Shown here: positions 55,273-64,000 of the stretch, piece after piece | Numbering within the stretch: the stretch's first letter is position 1 | Layout: the number at the start of each line of letters is the position of its first letter | NCBI GenBank assembly: GCA_022653695.1 | Contig: JALCSW010000001.1 | Span: 53,979-117,978, forward strand | Direction of reading: 5' to 3' | DNA: 64,000 bases | Origin: Bacilli bacterium | GTDB lineage: Bacteria; Bacillota_I; Bacilli_A; RFN20; CAG-826 | Program-made: the position numbers and the translations under genes | Notes under the pieces: generated by a model | What the model was told of the DNA's origin: nothing | Databases searched by the model: none | The model's input: the letters and a program-made list of their open reading frames with translations, nothing else

Positions 55273-56348
55273 AAAAAGGGAAAACGGTTCTCGCTTTAAC
55301 GGCCGTGCTGACCCTTTCCGCCTGCTCGTTTGAGTTCGATTTTTTCGCGAACTCGTCGAGTTCAGCCGGCTCGCTAAGCGCTTCCGCCTCCGAAAGCGGC
55401 TCTTCTTCCGGCGACCATCCCCTTCCTTCCTCCTCCAGCGAAACGAACTCAAGCGAGGGGGACTCGTCTTCCTCTGCCCCCTCGAGCTCTTCCAGCGGCC
55501 TGCCTTTTGGGCCAGGCGGCTCTTCAAGCTCCGACGATTCTTCCTCTTCCTCCGATTCCTCGAGTTCATCGAGTTCCGCTTCGTCGGGCGACCCATACGT
55601 GCCATCGGGTTACGATTTGGCGTGGAGCGACGAATTCGACGGAGACGCCGTCGACGAAAGCAAGTGGGCTTTTCAAACGGGAGACGGCAGCGATTACGGC
55701 ATTTGGGCCTGGGGCAACAACGAAAAGGAATACTACCAAAAGGATAACGCCACGGTCAGCGACGGATGCCTATCCATCACCGCCAAAAAAGAGAACGTCG
55801 CAAACTATCCCTATACCTCCGCCCGGATGCGGACGTATGGCAAAAAGTCTTGGACGTATGGCTTTTTCACGGCTCGGATGTCTTTGCCGGGCATCGTGGG
55901 AAGCTGGCCCGCCTTTTGGATGCTCCCCGTTTCCTCTTGGAACGGCAAGGGTTGGCCGTGGAGCGGGGAAATCGACATCATGGAGAACGTGGGCGGGTCC
56001 AATGGGACCGTCTTCACGACCGTCCATACGGGTCTCGACAACAGTTCGGGCAGCAATGCCAATTCCCATCGTTCGCCGGTTGGCGATGCCACCGCTTTCC
56101 ACGAGTATAGCGTCCTTTGGGACGAAAGCGGCCTCCGTTTCTATACCGACGGGGCCCCGACTTTCTTCGTAAGTGCCTCTTCCTACGCCACCTATAGCGG
56201 CTATAGTTCGGGCGATCCCTTCGACGTTCCGTTCTATCTCATCCTCAATCTCGCGATAGGCGGGAATTTCGTGAACAACGCCACCCCGAACGACGCCGAG
56301 ATGCCTTGCGCGATGAAAGTCGATTATGTGAGGGTTTACCAACAATGA
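55269..56348 (+). CDS. GH16 laminarinase-type beta-1,3-glucanase lipoprotein with poly-Ser linker
   Basis: LSAC lipobox, WSDEFDG, WGNNE, WPAFWML, GEIDIME, LNLAIGG, VDYVRVYQ. Confidence 0.92.
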   Translation: MKKGKTVLALTAVLTLSACSFEFDFFANSSSSAGSLSASASESGSSSGDHPLPSSSSETNSSEGDSSSSAPSSSSSGLPFGPGGSSSSDDSSSSSDSSSSSSSASSGDPYVPSGYDLAWSDEFDGDAVDESKWAFQTGDGSDYGIWAWGNNEKEYYQKDNATVSDGCLSITAKKENVANYPYTSARMRTYGKKSWTYGFFTARMSLPGIVGSWPAFWMLPVSSWNGKGWPWSGEIDIMENVGGSNGTVFTTVHTGLDNSSGSNANSHRSPVGDATAFHEYSVLWDESGLRFYTDGAPTFFVSASSYATYSGYSSGDPFDVPFYLILNLAIGGNFVNNATPNDAEMPCAMKVDYVRVYQQ

Positions 56349-57274
56349 AAAAGAAAACAGTTTTGATCGTCGCCTGCCTCCTCTCCGTTTCCGCCATTGC
56401 CGGGTGCGCGGGTTTCTCGAGCGCCCCCCTCGACTCGTCGCTCCCTTCCTCCTATTCTTCCTCTTCCGCCCCGGCTTCCTCCGGCGAAGGCGGGATGAGT
56501 TTGGTTTGGTCCGACGAATTCGACGGCACCGCCCTCAACGAGGACTATTGGAGCTATATGATCGGCAATGGCAGCGATTATGGGGTTTACGAATGGGGGA
56601 ACAACGAAGCCGAGAATTACCAACGGGATAACGTCGAGGTCTCCGACGGTTTTCTCCACATCACCGCCAAAGCGGAGAAAACGAAAATCGGCTCGAAGGA
56701 GTATTCCTACACTTCCGGGCGGATTCGCACCGCCGGCAAAGTCAGTTGCGTTTATGGCCGCGTCGAGGCTCGGATCGCCCTTCCTTTCGTCGATGGGATG
56801 TGGCCCGCTTTCTGGATGCTTCCCGAAAAGGCCTATAATGGTTTGGGTTGGCCCACCTCAGGGGAAATCGACATCATGGAAAACAAAGGCAGCACCGACG
56901 CCTACGCCTCGAGCGCCGTCCACTACGCCAACCTCAACGGCGACCACGCTTACGTGACCGACGGGAAAACCTTCAGCAAACGCAACGGCGAGAGCACGAC
57001 CGATTTCCATGTCTATTCGTGCGATTGGGACGAGGACGGATTCGTCTTCTCGTGCGACGGGGAAAGCTACTTCAGCGTTGAGAAGAGGGTCTACCATCCC
57101 GGCAACAGCCGCATCTACCCCGACGACGACAACGCCCCCTTCAACGCCCCGTTTCATATCCTCCTCAATTTGGCCGTGGGCGGAAATTTCGACAACGGGG
57201 CTTTGCCTCCCAGCGGTTTCGATAGTTGTGAGATGAAGGTCGATTACGTGAGGATCTACGGTTTCGAGGGATAG
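56345..57274 (+). CDS. GH16 laminarinase-type beta-1,3-glucanase lipoprotein (tandem paralog)
   Basis: IAGC lipobox, [41 protein letters not shown]. Confidence 0.92.
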   Translation: MKKKTVLIVACLLSVSAIAGCAGFSSAPLDSSLPSSYSSSSAPASSGEGGMSLVWSDEFDGTALNEDYWSYMIGNGSDYGVYEWGNNEAENYQRDNVEVSDGFLHITAKAEKTKIGSKEYSYTSGRIRTAGKVSCVYGRVEARIALPFVDGMWPAFWMLPEKAYNGLGWPTSGEIDIMENKGSTDAYASSAVHYANLNGDHAYVTDGKTFSKRNGESTTDFHVYSCDWDEDGFVFSCDGESYFSVEKRVYHPGNSRIYPDDDNAPFNAPFHILLNLAVGGNFDNGALPPSGFDSCEMKVDYVRIYGFEG

Positions 57275-57276
57275 CC

Positions 57277-59028
57277 ATGTTCACCAAAAAGAAAGTTCTC
57301 GCCCCCACCAAAAAGGAAATAGAGGGGCTTTATGCCCTCGAGGATGAGGTAAGCGACCAAAACGAAGCCCGCAAGCGAAAGCTCCGCCGCGAAAAGGAGG
57401 CGCTCCGGCACAGCAAGTTCCTTTCGCGCTCCCACGGGCAAGAGGAAATCCAAAAAGAGGACGAGCGCGTCAAGGCTTTCGAGCGGAAAGAGGAAGCGAT
57501 GCGCCTCGCCTACGAAAAAGAACGGCTCGAGGCTCATGAGGTCCGGCGCGCCGAGGAAGCGGCGAAAAGGAAAAACGAGGAAAGCCTCAAGGCTTCCCTC
57601 AGCCCCGAGCTATACGCTAGGCGCCACGAAGAAGCGGCCCGCGAAGCCCGCCACGCCTTCAAAAGGGCGCAGGAACGGTTGCTTTTGAGGAAAGAGGACG
57701 CCGACATCGCCGACCGCAATCTCGTTTACCGCGACGTGAACGATTACGAAACCGTCCACCGGAAGGAGGCGAAAAAAGCCCCCAAAGGCGTTTTCCTCAG
57801 TTGCCAGCGGGTCAGCAAAATCTATTCGAATCGCGTTGAAGCGGTCCATGATTTCTCCCTTGACGTCAATAAGGGCGACTTCATCGTTCTGGTCGGCCCC
57901 TCGGGATGCGGCAAATCGACGACGCTCCGCATGATTGCCGGGCTTGAGGATATCACGACGGGCGACCTTTATATCGATGGCCGATACGCCAACAAACTCG
58001 AGCCAAAGGAACGCGGGGTCGCGATGGTCTTCCAAAACTACGCCCTCTATCCCCATATGTCGGTCTTCGAAAATATGGCCTTCGGCTTATCGGGCTTGCC
58101 GAAAGAGGAGATCAAAGCCCGTATCAAGGCGGCCGCCGACATGCTTCAGATCGCCGAATTCCTCGACCGTAAGCCTACGGCCCTCTCCGGCGGCCAGTGC
58201 CAGCGCGTGGCCCTCGGGCGCGCCGTGGTAAGGAAGAGCCCGATTTTTCTGCTCGACGAGCCTCTCAGCAACCTCGACGCCAAACTCCGCGTCCAGATGC
58301 GAAGCGAGCTCATCAAACTCCATGAAAGCCTTGGCAACACGATGATTTACGTCACCCACGACCAGACCGAGGCCATGACCATGGCGACCCGCATCGTCGT
58401 CATGAAACGCGGCCTCATCCAGCAGGTCGGCACCCCTTCGGAGGTCTATCGGAAACCCGCCAACGTTTTCGTGGCCACCTTCATCGGCAGCCCAACCATG
58501 AACGTCATCGAAGCCGTCTACAAGAAAGGGCGCGTCCGTTTTTCCGACGGCCAGTCGATCGCCCTTCCCAAGAGCGAGGTCAAATCCCATGACGACTTCT
58601 ACGCGGCGCGCAAGGCGCTTCTTGAGAAAGAAATCGGGGATTTGCGGGATGAGGAGAGGAAACGCGCGGAAGCTAAGGCCTCCAAAGTCCGCTTCCTGCC
58701 GCTCGACTTCCGGAAGGAAATCTCTTCGCGCGAAGAGGAACTCGATTCCATCGCCGACATCATCAAAACGGGCGAGCATCAGATTTTCTTCGGGATCCGC
58801 CCCGAAAACATCGAACTGGGAACGAAGGAAAGCGCCCTCAAGAGCGACATCGTTTTCACCGAACTATTGGGCGCCGACTACCATCTGCACCTTGCCTTCA
58901 ACGGCGGCGAGATCATCGCCAAAGTCCCAGCGGGGGATAAGCCCATCGAAAAAGGCCCGATCCGGATTTCCTTCAAACCCGGACGGAGCCATCTCTTCGA
59001 CTTCGAAAGCGAACTCCGCATCATCTAA
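57277..59028 (+). CDS. Sugar ABC transporter ATPase (MalK/MsmK-like) with long charged N-terminal extension
   Basis: [51 protein letters not shown]. Confidence 0.9.
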   Translation: MFTKKKVLAPTKKEIEGLYALEDEVSDQNEARKRKLRREKEALRHSKFLSRSHGQEEIQKEDERVKAFERKEEAMRLAYEKERLEAHEVRRAEEAAKRKNEESLKASLSPELYARRHEEAAREARHAFKRAQERLLLRKEDADIADRNLVYRDVNDYETVHRKEAKKAPKGVFLSCQRVSKIYSNRVEAVHDFSLDVNKGDFIVLVGPSGCGKSTTLRMIAGLEDITTGDLYIDGRYANKLEPKERGVAMVFQNYALYPHMSVFENMAFGLSGLPKEEIKARIKAAADMLQIAEFLDRKPTALSGGQCQRVALGRAVVRKSPIFLLDEPLSNLDAKLRVQMRSELIKLHESLGNTMIYVTHDQTEAMTMATRIVVMKRGLIQQVGTPSEVYRKPANVFVATFIGSPTMNVIEAVYKKGRVRFSDGQSIALPKSEVKSHDDFYAARKALLEKEIGDLRDEERKRAEAKASKVRFLPLDFRKEISSREEELDSIADIIKTGEHQIFFGIRPENIELGTKESALKSDIVFTELLGADYHLHLAFNGGEIIAKVPAGDKPIEKGPIRISFKPGRSHLFDFESELRII

Positions 59029-59083
59029 AGGAAACGGCCGTCTGATCCGCTCTTTCTTGTCGTCCCCTCGCGAAACCACGTTT

Positions 59084-59401
59084 CTAGATCACTTCCGCGG
59101 CCATCGCGCAAAACGACATCTCACCCATTTTTTCTTTTAGCGTCAAAACGACTTTCCTTGAGGAAAAATACGTGACTATCCAACCGATGAAAAAAGGGAA
59201 AATCAGTTTCTCCGACAAGACGATGGCAAGGATTTTGAGGATGGGGTTCCAATCGCGGAGCGGCGATTTGCCCCTTTTTATCCTCCCGACCACGATTCCG
59301 CCGACGCGTTTCCCCTCATAGTAGTAATTGGCGTAGAATTTGCTTCGGCTCAGCGGGATCAGCAGGGATTTCGCTTCCGCGGGCCGCGCGCCTTGTCGCA
59401 T
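59084..59401 (-). CDS. Small hypothetical ORF or gene remnant
   Basis: 105-aa ORF filling the gap, one hydrophobic stretch, weak start. Confidence 0.3.
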   Translation of the reverse strand: MRQGARPAEAKSLLIPLSRSKFYANYYYEGKRVGGIVVGRIKRGKSPLRDWNPILKILAIVLSEKLIFPFFIGWIVTYFSSRKVVLTLKEKMGEMSFCAMAAEVI

Positions 59402-59470
59402 CTATACGGCTTTCCTAAACTCCGGATGTGGGAGGATGGGGGCTAGCTAACGCCGCATTGGCACGAACGG

Positions 59471-59950
59471 CTAATCCCAATAGACTTCCTTCACCTCGTC
59501 AAAGAGGGCCCTCACTTCCGGGGTGGGCTCCTCATAGGCCCTGATGAAATCCGTTATGACTTCCTCCGGCACCCACTTGTATTCGATCCTTTGTTTGTTC
59601 CTTCGGTAGCAAATCGAGTAGTCGTGAAACCTGATCATATAAAGGACCGCACGGTCGTAGCCAACGAGGCGCTCCATATAGTATTTCCGACGGTAGTTAT
59701 CCGTGAAAGTGCTGTCCTCGATGAGGGTGCACTCGCCCTTTTGGGAGGCTAGGAAGGCATTGCCTTCCCGGATCATCTCGTCATAGAGGACGCGACGGTC
59801 CTCGGGGAAGAGCCGGTAACTGCCCATAACCTTTTTGCGGACCTCGTCGGTGTCCACGACGAAGGTGTTCGGGTGCGTCTTGGCATAGGCTTTCGCGAAG
59901 GTGCTTTTGCCGCTTCCGGGGACCCCGGCGAGCATGATGAGGGTCTTCAT
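59471..59950 (-). CDS. P-loop kinase, AAA_33/polynucleotide-kinase-like
   Basis: MLAGVPGSGKSTFA, DTDEVR, EDST, RNKQR...VPEEVI; start overlaps the phnE stop. Confidence 0.82.
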   Translation of the reverse strand: MKTLIMLAGVPGSGKSTFAKAYAKTHPNTFVVDTDEVRKKVMGSYRLFPEDRRVLYDEMIREGNAFLASQKGECTLIEDSTFTDNYRRKYYMERLVGYDRAVLYMIRFHDYSICYRRNKQRIEYKWVPEEVITDFIRAYEEPTPEVRALFDEVKEVYWD

Positions 59951-60867
59951 ACGAGTTTCTTCCTCACCCAACTGCTGAAGAGATCGATCCCGACGACGAG
60001 GATCACGACCCCGAGGATGCAGGAACCCATCATGTGGTAATGGTCGCGCAGGGCCGAGAGGGAGTAGCCGATCCCGCCTTCGCTAAGGAGGATGACGCCG
60101 AGGATCGTCGCGGTCCGGACGTTGATGTCGAAACGGTAGAGGGCGACGGATAGGAGATTCGGCCGCACCTGCGGCATGACCCCGAGATGCACCCGCTGAA
60201 AGGCGTTCCCGCCGCAGGCGCTGATGCTCTCGAGGGGTTCCATGACGATTCCGTCGATCTGGTCGCCATAGAGCTTTCCGATCATCCCGATCGAATGGAT
60301 GCCGAGGGCCAAAATTCCCGAGACGGCGCTTAGCCCGGTGAACTTCACGAGGATGATCGCGAAGATGAGTTCCGGGAAAGTGCGGATGGAAATGAGGAGG
60401 ATCTCGGAAATCCAAGCCCATTTGCCGCACAGTTTGCGGGAGGCGAGCAAGCCAAACGGCAAAGCCAGGAGCGAGGCGATGAGGGTTCCGATGAAGGCCA
60501 TCGAGAACGTGACGAAAATCTGGTAGATGACCCCTTCCGAGAAAGTGTATGACCCGATCCCGAAGAAGTAATCCCAGTCGAGCGTGAAGAGCATCTCGAT
60601 GTTGCTCCAAGCCGCTCTGGGATTCGAGATATTGACCAGTTGCTTCCACATGCTGAGGTCGTCGTTCATGTAGATGAGGGCGCACACGAGGGCCGCGACG
60701 AATAGAAGCGTGATGACCCAATGGTATGGCTGATGCCGATAGGCGTCCTCGGGACTCGAGAAATGCTTGAAGTGCTTGGCGGATATTTCCTCCATGAGCA
60801 TCATGATGAGAAAGGCGAGGATAAGGGCGAGCGAAGAAAGGCTCCAGCCGCTAGTGAAAATGCTCAT
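59947..60867 (-). CDS. phnE: Phosphate/phosphonate ABC permease
   Basis: IRTFPELIFA, GIHSIGMIGKLY, LYRFDINVRTATILG. Confidence 0.85.
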   Translation of the reverse strand: MSIFTSGWSLSSLALILAFLIMMLMEEISAKHFKHFSSPEDAYRHQPYHWVITLLFVAALVCALIYMNDDLSMWKQLVNISNPRAAWSNIEMLFTLDWDYFFGIGSYTFSEGVIYQIFVTFSMAFIGTLIASLLALPFGLLASRKLCGKWAWISEILLISIRTFPELIFAIILVKFTGLSAVSGILALGIHSIGMIGKLYGDQIDGIVMEPLESISACGGNAFQRVHLGVMPQVRPNLLSVALYRFDINVRTATILGVILLSEGGIGYSLSALRDHYHMMGSCILGVVILVVGIDLFSSWVRKKLV

Positions 60868-61817
60868 CTCATTTTCCTCGCGACGAAATTGGTCACGATC
60901 TGAAGGAACATGACCTCGATAAAGAGAGGAAGGAGCAGGGCCCCGACCTTATCGTACTGGCCTTGGCCGATGCACTCCTTCATCGTGTAGCCATAGCCTC
61001 CGGCCCCGACGTAGCCGAGGATGACGCTCGCGCGGATGTTAATCTCGAAGGTATAGAGGAAGTTGGCGAAGAACATGGGTTTGATCTCCGGATGAAGGCC
61101 CAAATGCACGGCCTGCAGCGTCGTCCCCCCGCATGAGCGGGCGCTTTCGAAAGGCGACATCTCCAAGGTCTCGATGTATTCGTACATGAGTTGGTACATG
61201 ATGCCGATCGTGAAGATGGTCATCGCCGCCACGCCCGAGACGGCGCTATAGCCCCAGAAGTTCTCGAAAAACATGGCGAGAAGCATCGTCGGGATGGTCC
61301 GCAGAAGGTCATTGACGACCCGAACCGGGGTCCTTAGGCAAGCCTTGGACGTGATGTTGCGGGAGCTGAGGTAATAGACGGGGATCGAGAGGATGGCCCC
61401 GATGAGGCTCGAGATGAAGCACATCTCGGTCGTCTGCCAGATGGTATGGAGGGCGTCGTTCCCGACGTAGTGCCACCACCCCGACCAGTCGTTCGTGCTG
61501 TAGGCCATCGGGGTGAACATCGCGACGAAGATGGCCCCGAGCTGATCCCACTTGAAACCTTTGAAGGTCTTGAAATTGATGGCGAGGAAACAGAGCCCGA
61601 ACACAAGGAGGAGACCGCAGACGGAAACGATGGCCGCATAGGGCTTCTTTTTCCGAATCGTCCGCACCTGGCTCCCGTCCCGCTCAGGGGACAAATCCAC
61701 CCTCACATCATAAAAAAGATGGGCGTCCTGCCATGCCTTCCTCTTCGCGGCCTTCGCTTCCTTCCGCTTTTCTTTCGCGATCGATCTCTCGATGGCCGTT
61801 TCCTTACGATCGATCAC
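60864..61817 (-). CDS. phnE: Phosphate/phosphonate ABC permease
   Basis: [27 protein letters not shown]. Confidence 0.85.
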   Translation of the reverse strand: MIDRKETAIERSIAKEKRKEAKAAKRKAWQDAHLFYDVRVDLSPERDGSQVRTIRKKKPYAAIVSVCGLLLVFGLCFLAINFKTFKGFKWDQLGAIFVAMFTPMAYSTNDWSGWWHYVGNDALHTIWQTTEMCFISSLIGAILSIPVYYLSSRNITSKACLRTPVRVVNDLLRTIPTMLLAMFFENFWGYSAVSGVAAMTIFTIGIMYQLMYEYIETLEMSPFESARSCGGTTLQAVHLGLHPEIKPMFFANFLYTFEINIRASVILGYVGAGGYGYTMKECIGQGQYDKVGALLLPLFIEVMFLQIVTNFVARKMR

Positions 61818-62592
61818 TTTTCTTGCCCTCTTCGATGCCGAGATTGTCGTTTTTGGTGAGCGAGCGGCCGTAGATGAGGATCGTCACTTCGTCCGTGACG
61901 TCCTTGGGCTTGCCGTCGAAGACGACCTTGCCTTCTTTTATGCCGATGATGCGCGAGGAGTATTTCTTGGCCAGGTCCACGTGGTGCATGTTGGCGATGA
62001 TGGTGATGCCCATCCGGTTGATGCGCGCGAAATCGTCCATGACCGAAAGGGTGGTGATGGGGTCAAGCGAGGCGACCGGTTCATCCGCCAGAATCAGTTT
62101 CGGCTTTTGGGTCAAGGCTCTCGCGAGAGCCACCCGTTGCTGCTGGCCGCCGGAAAGCTGGTCGGCGCGGACGAAGGCCTTATCGAGGATCCCGAGTTTG
62201 TCGAGCGAGGATAACGCCAGGATTTTCTCTTCTTTCGAATAAAGGCCGAAAAGAGTCGAGAACGTGTTGTGGTAACCGACGCGGCCCGCCAGAACGTTAT
62301 TAAGAACGCTCGAGCGTTTCACGAGGTTGAAGGATTGGAAGATCATGCCGATGTTCCGCCGCTCAAGGCGCAGGGCTTTCCCCCGCAGCTTCGAGATGTC
62401 GACGCCGTCGAGGAGGATCTTCCCCTTCTCGATGTCGTGCATCCGGTTGAGGCAACGGATAAGCGTGCTCTTCCCCGCCCCGGAAAGACCGATGATCGAG
62501 ACGAACTCGCCGTCTTTGACCGTGAGGTTGATATCGCTAAGGGCTTTATAGCCGTTAGGGTATATTTTGTCGACGTGTTCGAGTTCAATCAT
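61804..62592 (-). CDS. phnC: Phosphate/phosphonate ABC ATP-binding protein
   Basis: [41 protein letters not shown]. Confidence 0.92.
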   Translation of the reverse strand: MIELEHVDKIYPNGYKALSDINLTVKDGEFVSIIGLSGAGKSTLIRCLNRMHDIEKGKILLDGVDISKLRGKALRLERRNIGMIFQSFNLVKRSSVLNNVLAGRVGYHNTFSTLFGLYSKEEKILALSSLDKLGILDKAFVRADQLSGGQQQRVALARALTQKPKLILADEPVASLDPITTLSVMDDFARINRMGITIIANMHHVDLAKKYSSRIIGIKEGKVVFDGKPKDVTDEVTILIYGRSLTKNDNLGIEEGKKSDRS

Positions 62593-62638
62593 GGCTTTCT
62601 CTTTTCGGGGGGTGGAAGATCAATCGTTATCGGCTAAA

Positions 62639-63907
62639 TCAGGCGATGGCGTTGCCGTCGGCGTCGATCTGGCCGTTCATGGCCTTGATCTGCAAGGCTT
62701 TGGCGGCGTCGTCGAAGCCCGGGAAATCGTCGGCCTGGACTTTGTAACCAGCGCGCGAGGCGGAAAGAAGGACGCCGACTTTGCCCGGATTCAGTTCCGT
62801 GGCTTGGGCGTAAGAGGCGGCCGGCAGGAACGCGGCGTCGATGGTCTCGCTGACGAGAGCCTGCGTCACGAGTTCGTAGCCGCCTTCGGCGGTGCCGACG
62901 GTAAGCGAGAAGCTGAACTTGTTGTCGACCGCGGCGTCAAGGAGCGGCTCAAGCGCTTTGGCGCGGGTGGCGAGCGTCGTCGGATCGTTGCTCGGAACGA
63001 GCTCGATCGAGATGGTGTTGTCCTCGACGTTCTTCGGGGCGGTCACCGGCGTCGCGATGGCGCGGGAGACGCTCTTGCCGCTATGGTCGCGGGTCCATTC
63101 GTACATCTCGCGGGCCTTGTCGTAATCGCTATCGGCGGCATCGACGTAGCCGGTGTGCGAATAGATTTGATAAAGGAGATAAGCCCCGGTTCCTTCGGTG
63201 TTCTTGTCCCCCTGCTTCACCACGGTCTTGAAGGCGGTCTTGATGGCTTCCTGCTTCTCCTCGCTCAAGTCGGAGCGGATGGAAACGGTGTCGTTCATGA
63301 TCGGATCGGTGATGGCGACGGTATAGGTATTGAGGAAAAGATTGTCGTTGCCCTTGTACTTGCTGTCGGCCTGGACGTAGGCGCTGCCGTAGCGGGTGTC
63401 CATGAAGCCGCAGACGACATCGAGCTTGCCCGTGAAGAGGGAGTCGATGCTGTCAGGGTAGGTCCCCTGGTCGACGCCGATCACGGCCTTGGCCTTGTCG
63501 TCGGCGCTGAGGGCGTCGTATTCGCTCTGCGTCTTGAAGCCGAGCGTATAGCCGTTGTTATAGAGGTAGTAGTTCGGATAGACGGTGCCCGAGCTGGAGG
63601 TGGAGCTCATATGGCCCCAAACGGCGCCGGCGTCATGGAGTTCGGCCAGAGTAACGGTCCCGTCTCCGTTGGCGTCGAGGGCTTTCTTCCCGATGTAGGA
63701 GCGAGCCTCATCGCGAAGGCAGAACATAATGCCCGAATAGTACATGACTTCGGTCGACGATTGTTGGCCCAGATACTTATAGGCGTTGCTCGCGAGCGGC
63801 GTGACGGTCGCGTCGATGGCGTTTCCGGTTCCGCTGGAGCAGGAGGCTAAGGAGCCTGCGAGAATGATGCTGCCGACGATTAACGTCTTAACCAAATGCT
63901 TCTTCAT
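62639..63907 (-). CDS. phnD: Phosphate/phosphonate ABC substrate-binding lipoprotein, apparently circularly permuted
   Basis: LASC lipobox; YYSGI, STSSSGTVYP, IMNDTVSIR and DSDYD, followed by ISIELVPS...Y..VTQAL..ETIDAAFLPAASY (normally the N-terminal block). Confidence 0.82.
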   Translation of the reverse strand: MKKHLVKTLIVGSIILAGSLASCSSGTGNAIDATVTPLASNAYKYLGQQSSTEVMYYSGIMFCLRDEARSYIGKKALDANGDGTVTLAELHDAGAVWGHMSSTSSSGTVYPNYYLYNNGYTLGFKTQSEYDALSADDKAKAVIGVDQGTYPDSIDSLFTGKLDVVCGFMDTRYGSAYVQADSKYKGNDNLFLNTYTVAITDPIMNDTVSIRSDLSEEKQEAIKTAFKTVVKQGDKNTEGTGAYLLYQIYSHTGYVDAADSDYDKAREMYEWTRDHSGKSVSRAIATPVTAPKNVEDNTISIELVPSNDPTTLATRAKALEPLLDAAVDNKFSFSLTVGTAEGGYELVTQALVSETIDAAFLPAASYAQATELNPGKVGVLLSASRAGYKVQADDFPGFDDAAKALQIKAMNGQIDADGNAIA

Positions 63908-64000
63908 TTTTCCTTCCTTCGGGGCAATGCCCCATTAACGGCCAAACGAGAGAGCGAGACAGCGAAAACCGCGCTTCATTCGCGTGCACGTCGAATGGAT

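Overview
GC-rich bacterial chromosomal window using the standard genetic code. Gene content and sigma-A/cre-like sites point to Bacillota, probably an uncultured gut or rumen Bacilli lineage (inference). Left third: an IS3-like remnant beside tRNA-Gly and tRNA-Val, a PRPP-salvage cluster (apt, upp, hpt, prs), tRNA-Thr, a GT-C-like membrane protein, a P-type ATPase behind a yybP-ykoY (Mn2+) riboswitch, an AmmeMemoRadiSam pair, guanine deaminase behind a variant purine riboswitch wired as an ON switch, and a truncated HipA. Middle: PAP2, MscS, a surface protein, ApbE/NusG-II/Gx, GH31, an M13 lipoprotein peptidase, Fur/Zur plus a Zn ABC transporter, a decayed HTH/nucleotidyltransferase pair and an MFS-spermidine synthase fusion. 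About 34-59 kb is a 25-kb LacI/cre-controlled beta-1,3-glucan utilisation locus (GH81, three GH16, GH30, GH161-like phosphorylase, ABC transporter). Its exported parts are mostly lipoproteins on poly-Ser tethers, and it holds several uncharacterised surface proteins. Right end: a phosphate/phosphonate-type ABC operon whose binding protein appears circularly permuted, followed by a P-loop kinase. Best novelty candidates are the permuted PhnD, the lipoprotein-tethered glucan locus with two orphan beta-helix proteins, a shared non-LPxTG juxtamembrane domain, and the riboswitch variant. All family calls come from motif recognition by eye; no database searches were run.
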